NCBI GenBank assembly: GCA_030445695.1
Contig: JASUTF010000001.1
Coordinates: forward strand, 882 to 64,881
From: Candidatus Iainarchaeum sp.
Lineage (GTDB): Archaea > Iainarchaeota > Iainarchaeia > JAADDC01
Direction: 5' to 3'
Length of the DNA stretch: 64,000 nucleotides
In this document: piece by piece, positions 18,408-27,409 of the stretch
Layout: each line of letters begins with the position of its first letter
How positions within the stretch are numbered: the first letter of the stretch is position 1
Made by a program: the position numbers and the translations under genes
Notes under the pieces: generated by a model
What the model was told of the DNA's origin: nothing
The model's database searches: none
What the model saw: only the letters and a program-made list of their open reading frames with translations

Positions 18408-18710
18408 TTAATCTTTATAACGCCTTCGGAGAATTTCTCGAAGGTACTGTTCCAACTGTTCCCTGCGATACTGTGCCCAGACGAACACGAGGAACGCGAG
18501 CACGAGGATTGCCAGCATAACGTGCAGGAGCAGTATTTCCACGTTACCTACCCTGAAGAGCACGTAGTTCTCCTGTCCGCTTACGGCGTAGACGGCCGCT
18601 ACAGTAAGAAAAGTGATGAGGAAGAGGAGGTAAACGAGCTCTGTGTTCCAGTGCGCTATATACTCCAGGACCAGGGGTATGAGCTCCGTTTCCTCCTTTT
18701 TCCGGGCCGT
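18408..18710 (-). other. 100-codon open frame encoding a two-TM hydrophobic peptide between the L12 stop and the Lon-like start; no canonical start codon before the last third
   Basis: Minus-strand frame is open from 18710 to stop TAA at 18408-18410, which is 14 nt before the Lon-like ATG. Translation 'LIPLVLEYIAHWNTELVYLLFLITFLTVAAVYAV...LLHVMLAILVLAFLVFVWAQY'. Only internal GTG/ATG late in the frame. Confidence 0.25.
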
Positions 18711-18715
18711 TTACA

Positions 18716-19027
18716 TCACCCGAACAGGGAGGCCAGACCTGCAGCTGCCTCCTCTTCCTTCTTTTCCTCCTCTTCCTCCTTCTTCTCTTCCTTCTTCTCC
18801 TCTGCTGCGGGTGCAGCAGCAGGTGCCGCTGCCGGCGCAGCAGCCACTGGCACGGCTGCCTGGGAGATGGCCTCGTCTATGTCCACACCCTCAAGTGCGC
18901 TGACGAGGGCCTTGATACGTGCCTCATCCGGCTGGATGCCGGCTGCCTCGATAACCTTCTTTATGTTCTCTTCGTTAATCTCCTTCCCCGCTGCGTGCAG
19001 GAGCAGGGCAGCGTAGACGTACTCCAT
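18716..19027 (-). CDS. rpl12: Ribosomal stalk protein L12 (P1)
   Basis: '[30 protein letters not shown]' plus Ala/Glu/Lys-rich hinge and C-terminal 'AAGLASLFG'. Confidence 0.9.
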   Translation of the reverse strand: MEYVYAALLLHAAGKEINEENIKKVIEAAGIQPDEARIKALVSALEGVDIDEAISQAAVPVAAAPAAAPAAAPAAEEKKEEKKEEEEEKKEEEAAAGLASLFG

Positions 19028-19040
19028 TTCCTTTCACCTC

Positions 19041-20042
19041 CTAACCGAAGAGGGATGCGAGTCCAGCAGCAGCATCCTCCTCAGATTTTTCCTCTTCCTC
19101 CTGCTCCTCTTCCTTCTTTTCCTCTACGGGAGCAGGGGTGGGCGTAGCCGCCGATGTGGCGGACACGAGGGCCCTTGTGGACTCATCAAGGGCCTCAGGC
19201 GGGAGTTTGGATGCAAGGGCAAGGGCCTGCGCCCTCGCCTTTGCGAGGATCTGCGGTGCAGTATCCTTCGTAACGTACCCTGCGTTGATGGACAGGTTCC
19301 TTGCCTCCGCCGCTGCCTTCGCTATGAGTATCTTGATGCTCTCCGCTGTCGGATATCCGACGTTCACTGCGAGGTTCAGGGCCTGTGCTGCGGCAGTGCG
19401 TAGGTCCTCCAGCACCTTCTCCACTGAGACGTCGAGCACGTCGCGGAGGAACACGATGCCGTCGTGCCATGCGGCGTTTATGCGCACCATTACCTCTATG
19501 GGCCGCACATCAAGCTTCATGAGGGCATCCGCAATGGTGTGTGGCACGACCTCCCCCGCCCTCACGGCCACGTAGTCCTCCGTTACCTCCACGAACCCCT
19601 TCGTTACCTTCGAGGGGATACCGGCCGCCTTTATCTCGGCTATCATGGGTGCCGGAACGGGGGTGATGCCCTTGGGTACGACGATGTCCACGGGTGCTAC
19701 CTGTCCTGCCTTGACCGGTGCGTACTGGCGGAACTCCTTGAGCGTCTTGAAGAGCTTGAACGGGTCCATATCCGTTACTATGACCGCTGTCTGGCCGTTT
19801 ATGTGCTCCTCCAGCCCCTCAATGTTGGGGATCTTGCCCTTGACCTTTTCCAGTGCGCGGAGGAGCAGGCGGTTCTTGACCACGCGGATCTTTGCCTTGC
19901 CGGAGAGCTCGCGGCGCACCTTCTGCATCATGTCTGCGGGGACGCGGTCGATGGACGCCACTGCCACCGTCTTGGCACCGGTGATCATCTCCGCGAGCTC
20001 CTCGACGATCTTCTGCTTCTTGAGTATGTTCTCGCGCACCAT
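19041..20042 (-). CDS. rpl10: Ribosomal stalk protein L10 (P0)
   Basis: P0 N-terminal domain. C-terminal repeats of L12-binding helices and an acidic tail ending '[10 protein letters not shown]'. Confidence 0.9.
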   Translation of the reverse strand: MVRENILKKQKIVEELAEMITGAKTVAVASIDRVPADMMQKVRRELSGKAKIRVVKNRLLLRALEKVKGKIPNIEGLEEHINGQTAVIVTDMDPFKLFKTLKEFRQYAPVKAGQVAPVDIVVPKGITPVPAPMIAEIKAAGIPSKVTKGFVEVTEDYVAVRAGEVVPHTIADALMKLDVRPIEVMVRINAAWHDGIVFLRDVLDVSVEKVLEDLRTAAAQALNLAVNVGYPTAESIKILIAKAAAEARNLSINAGYVTKDTAPQILAKARAQALALASKLPPEALDESTRALVSATSAATPTPAPVEEKKEEEQEEEEKSEEDAAAGLASLFG

Positions 20043-20043
20043 G

Positions 20044-20700
20044 TTATATCACCCTTACGGACGGCCCCATGGTCGTCTTGACGTATATGGAGCGTATGTT
20101 CTGTTCGCTGGGGATCTTCTTAAGCACGGCGTTGTAAACGGCCATTGCGTTCTCCGCTAGGTCATCCTCAGACATTTCGACCGTCCCGATGGGTGCGTGG
20201 ACCACCGGGAGGTATTTACCCTTCTTGTTGGACACGATGACTGTGTTCCGAAGTGCCTTGACCATGGCCTCGATTGCCTTTAGGTTGGGCGGTGCGGGGC
20301 GGGGCATCTTCTTTCGCGGACCGAGGACAGAACCGATCTGCCTTGCAATGTCCTTCATGAGGGACGGTTCTGCCAGGAAGAAGTCGATCTCCTTTGCCAG
20401 CTTCTTGGCCGCCTTCTTGTCCATCTGGAGGAGTTCCTCCTTCGTTATAATGCGGTCAACGATGTTTGCCTTTTTGAGCTCGGCGGCCAGTGCCTTGTCC
20501 GCGAAGAAGCCGATTTTGACCGGTTTGCCCCTCCCCTTCGGAAGGGTAACCTGTACCTCTATCCTGTTCTCCGGCTTTTTGAAATCGATATTCCGGAAGT
20601 TGATGGCCATTTCCACGGTCTCCACGAATTTCCGTGGCTTGGCCCTCTCCTTTGCCTCCTTTATAGCTGCCTTGAACTTTTCCTTGTCTATCAGAGCCAT
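20044..20700 (-). CDS. rpl1: Ribosomal protein L1
   Basis: 'FVETVEMAINFRNIDFKKPENRIEVQVTLPKGRGK' typical L1. Confidence 0.9.
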   Translation of the reverse strand: MALIDKEKFKAAIKEAKERAKPRKFVETVEMAINFRNIDFKKPENRIEVQVTLPKGRGKPVKIGFFADKALAAELKKANIVDRIITKEELLQMDKKAAKKLAKEIDFFLAEPSLMKDIARQIGSVLGPRKKMPRPAPPNLKAIEAMVKALRNTVIVSNKKGKYLPVVHAPIGTVEMSEDDLAENAMAVYNAVLKKIPSEQNIRSIYVKTTMGPSVRVI

Positions 20701-20776
20701 GATGCATCAACCCCTCCCGCCTCAGGCGGTGCCGGCGGGGCCCAACGTTGGAATGAGTGGGGAAGGGTTTAAAACA

Positions 20777-21250
20777 TCACCCTTCGATCTGGATCTCCCC
20801 GGCCTTTATGGCCCTCTGCACCTCCTTTGGGTGCTTCCCATCCACGTTTATGCCTGCGGACACGAGGGTCCCGAGCACGGTGAGCACGGCGGATCTGAGG
20901 GACGTTGTGTTCATCTCCGGAAGCTTCTCCTTCGCTATCTCTATGACGTCATTCAGGGTCATGTTACCCACGACCTCGCTGCCTGGGTTGCTGGCACCCT
21001 TCTCCTTGCCGATCTTCTTCAGTGCGAGGGCGCTCGTGGGTGGTGTCCCCACCTCTATCTCGTACTCCTTTGTGGCCGGGTCGATCTTGAGTATGACGGG
21101 CACCATCATGCCCGCGAACTTTGCCGTGGCCTTGTTTATGTCCGCCACTACCTTCCCTGCGTTCACGCCCAGTGGGCCGAGTGCTGGTCCGATGGGCGGT
21201 CCAGGGGTCGCCTTTCCTCCAGGTACGAGGAACCTCAACTCTACGGTCAT
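20777..21250 (-). CDS. rpl11: Ribosomal protein L11
   Basis: 'VPGGKATPGPPIGPALGPLGVN' L11 N-terminal signature. Confidence 0.9.
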   Translation of the reverse strand: MTVELRFLVPGGKATPGPPIGPALGPLGVNAGKVVADINKATAKFAGMMVPVILKIDPATKEYEIEVGTPPTSALALKKIGKEKGASNPGSEVVGNMTLNDVIEIAKEKLPEMNTTSLRSAVLTVLGTLVSAGINVDGKHPKEVQRAIKAGEIQIEG

Positions 21251-21729
21251 GCTTCTCCCTCCGATAATGCCCTAACGTTTTCTGCCTCCACGGTTATGGG
21301 GATTTTAACGGCCGTTTCGAGGAGCTCGACTGTGACCTCCTCCTTCTGCGGGTCAACACGTATGATCTTCGCCTTCGCTCCCTTGAACGGGCCGGCGATC
21401 AGCTTCACGATAGCTCCGGGCTTGAGCTCGTCGAGTATGGGCTTGGACTCCAGCATTGCGTCCAGCTCGGAGACGTCCATGCCGCCCCTTCCGATGAGCC
21501 CCTTTACGTGGGGAACGCCTGTGATGATCCTCCTGACCGTTACCTCGTCAATCGCCTCGACGAGCACGTATCCCTTCACCTGCGGGGGAACAATGATGGA
21601 GAGAAGGCCCTCCTCCCCTTCTGCCATCCTGTGCTTCGACCGCTCGTAGAGAAGAGTGGCCACTAGGTCTTCCTGGCCGGCAGTCGTCCTTACGCCCCAT
21701 ATCTGTGTCTTCGGGCCTTCTTCGCTCAT
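21247..21729 (-). CDS. spt5: Transcription elongation factor Spt5 (NusG homologue)
   Basis: NGN domain 'IWGVRTTAGQE' plus C-terminal KOW 'GAIVKLIAGPFKGAKAKIIRVD'. 4-nt overlap with rpl11. Confidence 0.85.
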   Translation of the reverse strand: MSEEGPKTQIWGVRTTAGQEDLVATLLYERSKHRMAEGEEGLLSIIVPPQVKGYVLVEAIDEVTVRRIITGVPHVKGLIGRGGMDVSELDAMLESKPILDELKPGAIVKLIAGPFKGAKAKIIRVDPQKEEVTVELLETAVKIPITVEAENVRALSEGEA

Positions 21730-21738
21730 AAAACCACC

Positions 21739-21909
21739 TTATATTTGGGTGAGCAGGTAGTATATCCAGTGGATCACGTAGCCAATGAGCCCGAGGAGTG
21801 CAATGCCCACTCCCGTGACCTTTGCAGTGCGTATGATCTCTTCCTTCGTTGGCTTTCTTGCGAGCTTCCACACTCGCTTCGCTTGATCAATGAACTCGCC
21901 GAGGCCCAT
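21739..21909 (-). CDS. secE: Protein translocase subunit SecE (Sec61 gamma), 56 aa. It is not in the ORF track because it is under 60 aa
   Basis: Manual translation 'MGLGEFIDQAKRVWKLARKPTKEEIIRTAKVTGVGIALLGLIGYVIHWIYYLLTQI'. Single TM helix. Conserved position between ftsZ and spt5. Confidence 0.75.
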   Translation of the reverse strand: MGLGEFIDQAKRVWKLARKPTKEEIIRTAKVTGVGIALLGLIGYVIHWIYYLLTQI

Positions 21910-21930
21910 GGCTACCTACTCCTCTACACT

Positions 21931-23058
21931 TTACTCGACGAAATCTATATCAAGGTTTAGGCGTTTCTCTGCGATTTCCTGGAGTTCCTGCAGGTAGGGG
22001 ATTCTCCCGCCGGATATGACCACCATGGTCTGTATGAGGTTCTTCGGGAGTTCTGGATCTATCATTGCACCCCATATGATGTGTGCCCTCGGGTGGATCT
22101 TGGACGCCACCGCCTCTGCGATCATCTCTGCCTCCTTGAGCGTCATCTCTGCCCCGCCGACCACGTTCACCAGTGCGCGGTCGGCCTCACTTATATCAAC
22201 GTCCAGGAGAGGCGATGCAAGTGCGTTCTCTACCGCCTCCAGCGCGCGGTCCTCCGGCGTTCCGTCATTCTGGGACTCTCCTATGCCGATCACCGCCGGG
22301 CCGCCCTTTGCCAGGACGGTCTTGAGGTCGTTGAAGTCTAGGTTGATGAGACCGGGCTTCGTAATCATCTCCGTTATGCCCTTTATGGCGTTGGCCAGGA
22401 TCTCGTCGGACACCTTGAACGCCGCGTTTATGGGCAGGTCCGGTGCGATCTCCAAGAGTTTATCGTTCGGAATGATGATAATCGTGTCCGCTGCCTTGAG
22501 GAGCTTTGCCAGTGCAGTTATCGCATTCTCAAGGCGCACGCGGCCCTCTGAGGAGAATGGAAGCGTTACAACGGCCACTGTGAGCGCACCCATCTCCCTT
22601 GCCGTCTCCGCGATGATCGGTGCTGAACCAGAACCCGTTCCACCGCCGAGACCGGCCGTGACGAAAACGAGGTCAGCATCCTTCAGAGCTTCCTTTATCT
22701 CCTCAATGTCCTCCTGAGCTGCCTGTTCGCCCAGGCGGGGGTCAGAACCAGCACCAAGACCCTTGAGAAGACGCTTACCTATGAGTATCTTCCTGTCTGC
22801 AGGCGTATAAACGAGCTGTTGAGCATCCGTGTTCACGGCGATGAGCTCGGCGCCCTTTACGCCCATCTCGTGCAGGCGGGAAATCGTGTTGTTCCCTGCA
22901 CCTCCTGCACCCACGACCTTTATTGTGGGAAGCGCCTCCTTCAAAAACGACTCAAGATCTTCATCCTTTCCGGTTTTCTTTTTCTCCGCCTGCTCGGCCC
23001 GAGCCCTATTAACAGCCCTTTCTATGACGGTCTTCAAGGTGATCATCCCCTTGCCCAA
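21931..23058 (-). CDS. ftsZ: Cell division GTPase FtsZ
   Basis: 'IKVVGAGGAGNNTISRL' tubulin signature 'GGGTGSG' and T7 loop 'NVDFNDL'. Confidence 0.9.
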   Translation of the reverse strand: MGKGMITLKTVIERAVNRARAEQAEKKKTGKDEDLESFLKEALPTIKVVGAGGAGNNTISRLHEMGVKGAELIAVNTDAQQLVYTPADRKILIGKRLLKGLGAGSDPRLGEQAAQEDIEEIKEALKDADLVFVTAGLGGGTGSGSAPIIAETAREMGALTVAVVTLPFSSEGRVRLENAITALAKLLKAADTIIIIPNDKLLEIAPDLPINAAFKVSDEILANAIKGITEMITKPGLINLDFNDLKTVLAKGGPAVIGIGESQNDGTPEDRALEAVENALASPLLDVDISEADRALVNVVGGAEMTLKEAEMIAEAVASKIHPRAHIIWGAMIDPELPKNLIQTMVVISGGRIPYLQELQEIAEKRLNLDIDFVE

Positions 23059-23180
23059 ATTTTCTTACTGAATATTATTCCGCAGGCAAATGTTATAAAA
23101 GGCATGCTGGGAGGGGCTATGCAATCGGGTATCTCTCCCTGTCCCGATCTCCGTTCAAAGACCGAACGATTTTTGCCGTT

Positions 23181-23990
23181 TCAGTGCATCTTTCTAATCA
23201 CCGCTGCGACGTTTGCCCTGAGTGCTCCCATGTATTCGCGGATCCGCCCGCCCTCCCCTTCGTTCATGGGCACGTTGATGTTGAGGGAGAGGGGCGTTAT
23301 GGCTATGTTGCCCTCGCGGAAGACCACATGTACATCCGTTCCCGGCTCGATTTCCGTCGGTTCTCCATAGATCCAATAGTATTTCTCACCCATTGGGTCC
23401 GTTCTCTCGTCCACCAACTCCCGCCAGCGCAGTTTAGCTGCAGGGACCACTTTCACGTCTGTTTTCTCTGTTATCTTTCCCGGCAGGTTCACGCTGATCA
23501 CGTCCACGCCCTCCGGCAGTCCAAAGGTTAGGACGTGCTCCACGACGGACCTTATGACCTGTGTGACCTTCTCCGCCTGCTCCTCTATCTCCTCGCCGTC
23601 GCTCACGGCCATGGAGAATGCGATGGCGGGAATGCCCAGCAGTGCCGCCTGTGCTGCCGCCCCGATCGTCCCCGACGAAAGAATGACCTGAATACTTGTG
23701 TTGTCCCCCACGTTAATACCGGAGACCACGAGGTCCACAGGCCCCGTTATTACGTTTGTGGCGATGTGGATGATGTCCGACGGCGTTCCGGAGATGGCGA
23801 ATGTATTCTCCTTTCCAGGAACTCTCTTTACTCGCAGGGGTTTGTGTAGCGTCATTCCGAGGCCCGTGGCGCTCTTTGGCTTTTCAGGTGCCACCACGTA
23901 GACGTCTCCGAATCCCCTGACCGCGTCTGCCAGCACGTAGAGGCCGGGGGAGTGTATGCCGTCATCGTTGGTCACGAGAATCTTTACCAT
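23181..23990 (-). CDS. surE: 5'/3'-nucleotidase SurE
   Basis: 'MVKILVTNDDGIHSPGL' SurE N-terminal motif. About 270 aa. Confidence 0.85.
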   Translation of the reverse strand: MVKILVTNDDGIHSPGLYVLADAVRGFGDVYVVAPEKPKSATGLGMTLHKPLRVKRVPGKENTFAISGTPSDIIHIATNVITGPVDLVVSGINVGDNTSIQVILSSGTIGAAAQAALLGIPAIAFSMAVSDGEEIEEQAEKVTQVIRSVVEHVLTFGLPEGVDVISVNLPGKITEKTDVKVVPAAKLRWRELVDERTDPMGEKYYWIYGEPTEIEPGTDVHVVFREGNIAITPLSLNINVPMNEGEGGRIREYMGALRANVAAVIRKMH

Positions 23991-24012
23991 GTAATATATG
24001 CGGGGAGAACCG

Positions 24013-24936
24013 TTATAACCCCTTTCGCTTCCTTTCTTCCCGCATCCTGCTCACTGCTGCCCTGTGTGCGAGCATCAGGGGGAGGGGTTGTCTTCCCCCC
24101 TTCCAGAACATGCGGGCTATGTGCAGGGACGCACCCACAGTCATCCTGTGGCCCGGGGACACGTATGCGTCCCCCACCTTCCATCCCACGTGCTTCCCGT
24201 CCACGAACACCTTTCCTCCTTCTTCACGACCCACGAGCCGGCTCTTTGCGACCCCCACGCTTGGAACGTCAAGAACGACGCCGAAGTGCGCCGCCTCCCC
24301 CGCTCTTCTCGGGTGTATCCACCCGTGCCCGTCCACGAGCATCACGTCAAACTCCATATTTTTTGCTACGTTCCATACGAAGGGCATCTCCCGGAACGCA
24401 AGGTATGTGGGCACGTAGGGGAAGAGGACGTCCCCCACCCACGTCCTCTCCTCTATAACTTGTCCCCTCCTGTCCACAACAACGGCAGCGCCCACGCCGA
24501 AATCGTCCCAGTACGATACGTCTACCCCAACCGCCGTTTCAACATGCCCGGGCTCTTCCACGACGATCCGTTCACGCAGGCGGTTCTGAGCGTATCTCAT
24601 ACGTTCAAAGATCTTCGGCGCCTTCAGCTCCTCGTGAGTGATCAGATGCTTCTTCAGGTTCACCTTCCCGTCCACGAATGTCACTCCTTCCTTCCGCAGC
24701 AGCTCTTTTTTCCTTTCGGGCCCCCCGAAGGCGTATCCACCCAGCGACCCGTCGGACATGACCACGCGGTGGCACGGTATCTCCACGGGCCGCGGGTTTT
24801 TCTTCAGGGCCTCCCCCACTGCCCTTGCTGCTCTTATATCTCCAAGCGCCTTCGCAATCTCCCCGTAGGTTGTCACCTTCCCCTCCGGGATCTGGGACAC
24901 CACGTCCAGCACGAGCCGGTCAAAGTAGTTAAGCAT
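24013..24936 (-). CDS. nfi: Bifunctional fusion: N-terminal O6-alkylguanine-DNA alkyltransferase (MGMT) domain and C-terminal endonuclease V
   Basis: 'IPCHRVVMSDGSLGGY' is the MGMT active-site PCHRV. C-terminal 'GVDVSYWDD...VDGHGWIHPRRAGEAAHFGVVLDVPSVGVAKS' are EndoV motifs. Confidence 0.8.
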   Translation of the reverse strand: MLNYFDRLVLDVVSQIPEGKVTTYGEIAKALGDIRAARAVGEALKKNPRPVEIPCHRVVMSDGSLGGYAFGGPERKKELLRKEGVTFVDGKVNLKKHLITHEELKAPKIFERMRYAQNRLRERIVVEEPGHVETAVGVDVSYWDDFGVGAAVVVDRRGQVIEERTWVGDVLFPYVPTYLAFREMPFVWNVAKNMEFDVMLVDGHGWIHPRRAGEAAHFGVVLDVPSVGVAKSRLVGREEGGKVFVDGKHVGWKVGDAYVSPGHRMTVGASLHIARMFWKGGRQPLPLMLAHRAAVSRMREERKRKGL

Positions 24937-24967
24937 CGTTAAAAGGACGTTGCGTTCAGTTTAAACC

Positions 24968-25672
24968 ATGCACCTCCTCATCCACCGCCCCACGGGAAAG
25001 CGTTACCTCGCCAAATCCCTGCCCCACAACACGGAACATGGCCTCGTTCGAGAGGGGGGGAGGACGGAGTCGTCCACAGGGGAACCGTTCACCGTTACCG
25101 AGCCCCGTTTTGTCGATCTCTGGCTGAAGATCCGCCGGGGCCCCCAGTGGACCCACCCCAAGGATCTTTCTCTCATTGTGGGCCTGACCGGGGTCGGGCC
25201 CGGCTGGCGTGTGGTTGATGCGGGAACGGGCTCCGGCTTTGCGGCGAGCTTCTTTGCCTACCACGTGCGCCCTGACGGTCACGTTTACTCCTACGACGTG
25301 CGGCCCCAGAACCTGCGGATCGGCCGGGAGAACGCAGAACTCTTCGGGCTCTCCGACTACATCACATTCAAGGAGGGTTCCGTTTACGAAGGCATTGAGG
25401 AAAGGGATGTGGATCTTGTCTTTCTCGACCTTCCAGAGCCGTGGTGGGCGTTTGAACACGCGGCAGAGGCGTTAAAGGTGGGAGGGTTCCTCGTTCTATA
25501 CCTTCCGACAGTGGATCAGGTGCTCACTGCCAAGAAGGAACTGACAGACGAATTCACGCCCTTCGAGGTCTACGAGGTTCTTCTAAGGAAGTGGAAGAAC
25601 ACGGACATCCTCCGCCCGGAAAACACGGGGTTACTCCACACCGCTTTTATTCTGATTTCACGCCGCGTCTAA
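24968..25672 (+). CDS. trmI: tRNA (adenine-N1)-methyltransferase TrmI (Gcd14 family)
   Basis: 'VVDAGTGSGFAASFFA' SAM-binding motif and 'VFLDLPEPW' motif of the TrmI/Gcd14 family. Confidence 0.8.
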   Translation: MHLLIHRPTGKRYLAKSLPHNTEHGLVREGGRTESSTGEPFTVTEPRFVDLWLKIRRGPQWTHPKDLSLIVGLTGVGPGWRVVDAGTGSGFAASFFAYHVRPDGHVYSYDVRPQNLRIGRENAELFGLSDYITFKEGSVYEGIEERDVDLVFLDLPEPWWAFEHAAEALKVGGFLVLYLPTVDQVLTAKKELTDEFTPFEVYEVLLRKWKNTDILRPENTGLLHTAFILISRRV

Positions 25673-25697
25673 AAAACAGAAAAAGAAGGGAAGGGCT

Positions 25698-26036
25698 TCA
25701 GTAGCCCTCCTTAAAGACCTTTGCTATGTACTGGAGCATTGCTGCAGGCATATAGATCCATGCCATGAGGCCGAGGTAGGTTGCAATCCACTGCATCAGT
25801 GCGAAGCCACCGAGTACGCCGGCGATGTCAAAGAACGTCGCTATTGTGTATGCGATACCGTAGAACACTGCGCGCTCGAAGAGGCCCTTGATCTCCTCCT
25901 TGAACGCGAAGATGCCCATGATAATACCGATCACCAGCTCTGCCAGCGCTATCCAGACAAGTGCTTCCTGGAACCAGAAGCCAATCACTGCAAGGATCCA
26001 GCCAAGCCAGACGAGGTACTTCATCCAGTCCTCCAT
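25698..26036 (-). CDS. Small integral membrane protein (3-4 TM), function unknown
   Basis: Hydrophobic 112-aa ORF. No motif recognised. Confidence 0.4.
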   Translation of the reverse strand: MEDWMKYLVWLGWILAVIGFWFQEALVWIALAELVIGIIMGIFAFKEEIKGLFERAVFYGIAYTIATFFDIAGVLGGFALMQWIATYLGLMAWIYMPAAMLQYIAKVFKEGY

Positions 26037-26087
26037 GTGTTACACCTCCGTCCGTGGGTTTCGCTATTTTTCTGGTAATTTGCTTCT

Positions 26088-26408
26088 TTAAATATTGTTG
26101 CCCCCGTTCGACAATTGCCGTGATTTTGACCGCAGCCGTTTGAGCGTCCCCGACTCTCTTTCTACCCATACCGGCTTTTCGAAGGAGTATGAGGCAATTG
26201 CTGCACGCACCATCCAGTCGAAGTCCCTTGACACCCTTGCCACGGTGTAATCTTCTCCTTCTTCTATCTTTTGTAGCCCAGAAACCGCGGTATACACGTC
26301 TCCAAACTCCTTTTTCATCGCTGTGACCACTTCTTTCCACTTTGCGTTTCTGATCAGCAGATATCTCCTTTTCTCCCTCAGTGTGGGAGGTGTTGGCTTT
26401 ATCCTCAT
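26088..26408 (-). CDS. rnp2: RNase P protein subunit Pop5 (Rnp2)
   Basis: 'PPTLREKRRYLLI' Pop5 N-terminal signature. About 105 aa. 4-nt overlap with the upstream Rpp30 gene. Confidence 0.7.
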   Translation of the reverse strand: MRIKPTPPTLREKRRYLLIRNAKWKEVVTAMKKEFGDVYTAVSGLQKIEEGEDYTVARVSRDFDWMVRAAIASYSFEKPVWVERESGTLKRLRSKSRQLSNGGNNI

Positions 26409-26923
26409 ATGAACGCCTCCCAGTTGTCTGAAACGGCCGCCAGTGCCTGTGGCACCGTCAGGCCCAGCGTCCTTCCCACTGCCGCTATATCCCTTGGCGC
26501 CCGCAGATCCTCGATTCTTTTCGCGCCGCTTGCCAGGAGTATGGGCACGCGTCCCTTATGTAGAAGCGTAAGATTTCGGGCCGCGTTCTGCATGCTCCGG
26601 AAGTCGGATCGGATATAGTCAAGCGTGATGAGGGCCGCGACGTTTCTCTCCTTCATGATGTGCACCACCTGCATGTCTATGCGTGTTCTCAGCTCCATTA
26701 CTGCGTTGTCCACCCACGCCCCTTCCTTTGCGTCGGTGATGCTCTCAGCCACGTATACCGGTATCTTCCCGGCGTCTCTTGCCTTTCTCGCCGCTTTTCT
26801 TGCCTCTCCCTTCTTTCCGTGAATCTCTATAAAATCATCGTTGGTGAGCACGCGGTGAAAGCCCAGAATCTCCTTCCATTCCCCCACACCGTCCATCCGC
26901 ACGAGATCGTAAAAACGCCGCAC
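26405..26923 (-). CDS. rnp3: RNase P protein subunit Rpp30 (Rnp3), somewhat short
   Basis: C-terminal 'LASGAKRIEDLRAPRDIAAVGRTLGL' resembles the Rpp30 'GSDA...DLR.PRD' region. Operon partner of Pop5. Confidence 0.55.
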   Translation of the reverse strand: MRRFYDLVRMDGVGEWKEILGFHRVLTNDDFIEIHGKKGEARKAARKARDAGKIPVYVAESITDAKEGAWVDNAVMELRTRIDMQVVHIMKERNVAALITLDYIRSDFRSMQNAARNLTLLHKGRVPILLASGAKRIEDLRAPRDIAAVGRTLGLTVPQALAAVSDNWEAFI

Positions 26924-26947
26924 GTAGAAACTTATGCCTTGCTCTTC

Positions 26948-27409
26948 TTATTCCTTTTCGAAGAGTCGCTTGAACGATTTGAGATATTCTTCGGGCTTTG
27001 CCGGATACGCCTCGAGCTGGACTCGGACTTTTATGACTCCTCCACCGCCCGTGAGCACTGGTTTGCCCTTATATGCCTCCTGCTTGTCGAAACGCAGATG
27101 CACCGTCCCGTACTCGTCCAGGAAGTCGTCCGGATGGTTTAATATATACTCCACGTCCCTTTCGCTCAGCAAAGACCTTATGTGGGCCCACCACTTCCTC
27201 GCATCGCTCTTCCTCGTTGCCTTTGCCTCTACGATGATGATAGGGTTTCCGAGAACTCCTTTAACCTTTTTCTTTTGGATCTGGATCTTCATCTTCTTTC
27301 TCTCTTCCTCCGGCGGCAGAACGAGGGAAAACGCCTTCATTACCTTCTCTTCGTCTTCCGTGGCCCGTATGAACACCATGGCAGAAATAGAGAGGATTGG
27401 GGAAGGCAT
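26948..27409 (-). CDS. Exosome/RNase P superoperon-associated RNA-binding protein (DUF54/COG1325-like), putative
   Basis: 153-aa basic protein between rpl15e and rpp30, the usual position of COG1325 in archaea. Family assignment is from context and size only. Confidence 0.4.
   Translation of the reverse strand: MPSPILSISAMVFIRATEDEEKVMKAFSLVLPPEEERKKMKIQIQKKKVKGVLGNPIIIVEAKATRKSDARKWWAHIRSLLSERDVEYILNHPDDFLDEYGTVHLRFDKQEAYKGKPVLTGGGGVIKVRVQLEAYPAKPEEYLKSFKRLFEKE

Noticed and set aside
18395-18445. ATGATGA followed by CTG... resembling a C/D-box sRNA just upstream of the Lon-like gene
   Set aside because: No proper D box (CUGA) or C'/D' pair at the required spacing. The ATGATG is simply the region around the protease start codon.
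18336-19016. 226-aa plus-strand ORF with poly-Ser/Ala/Phe tracts, and apparent 'repeat' between 18716 and 19080
   Set aside because: It is antisense to the acidic Ala/Glu/Lys hinge of L12. The repeated C-terminal peptide (AAGLASLFG) of L12 and L10 is the normal conserved stalk tail encoded with different codons, not a DNA repeat.
20189-21649. 486-aa ORF on the plus strand
   Set aside because: It lies entirely antisense to rpl1, rpl11 and spt5. Its translation is low-complexity Ser/Ala/Gly/Pro-rich, as expected for an antisense frame in GC-rich coding DNA.
24064-24942. 292-aa plus-strand ORF
   Set aside because: It is antisense to the MGMT-EndoV gene and has no coherent domain.
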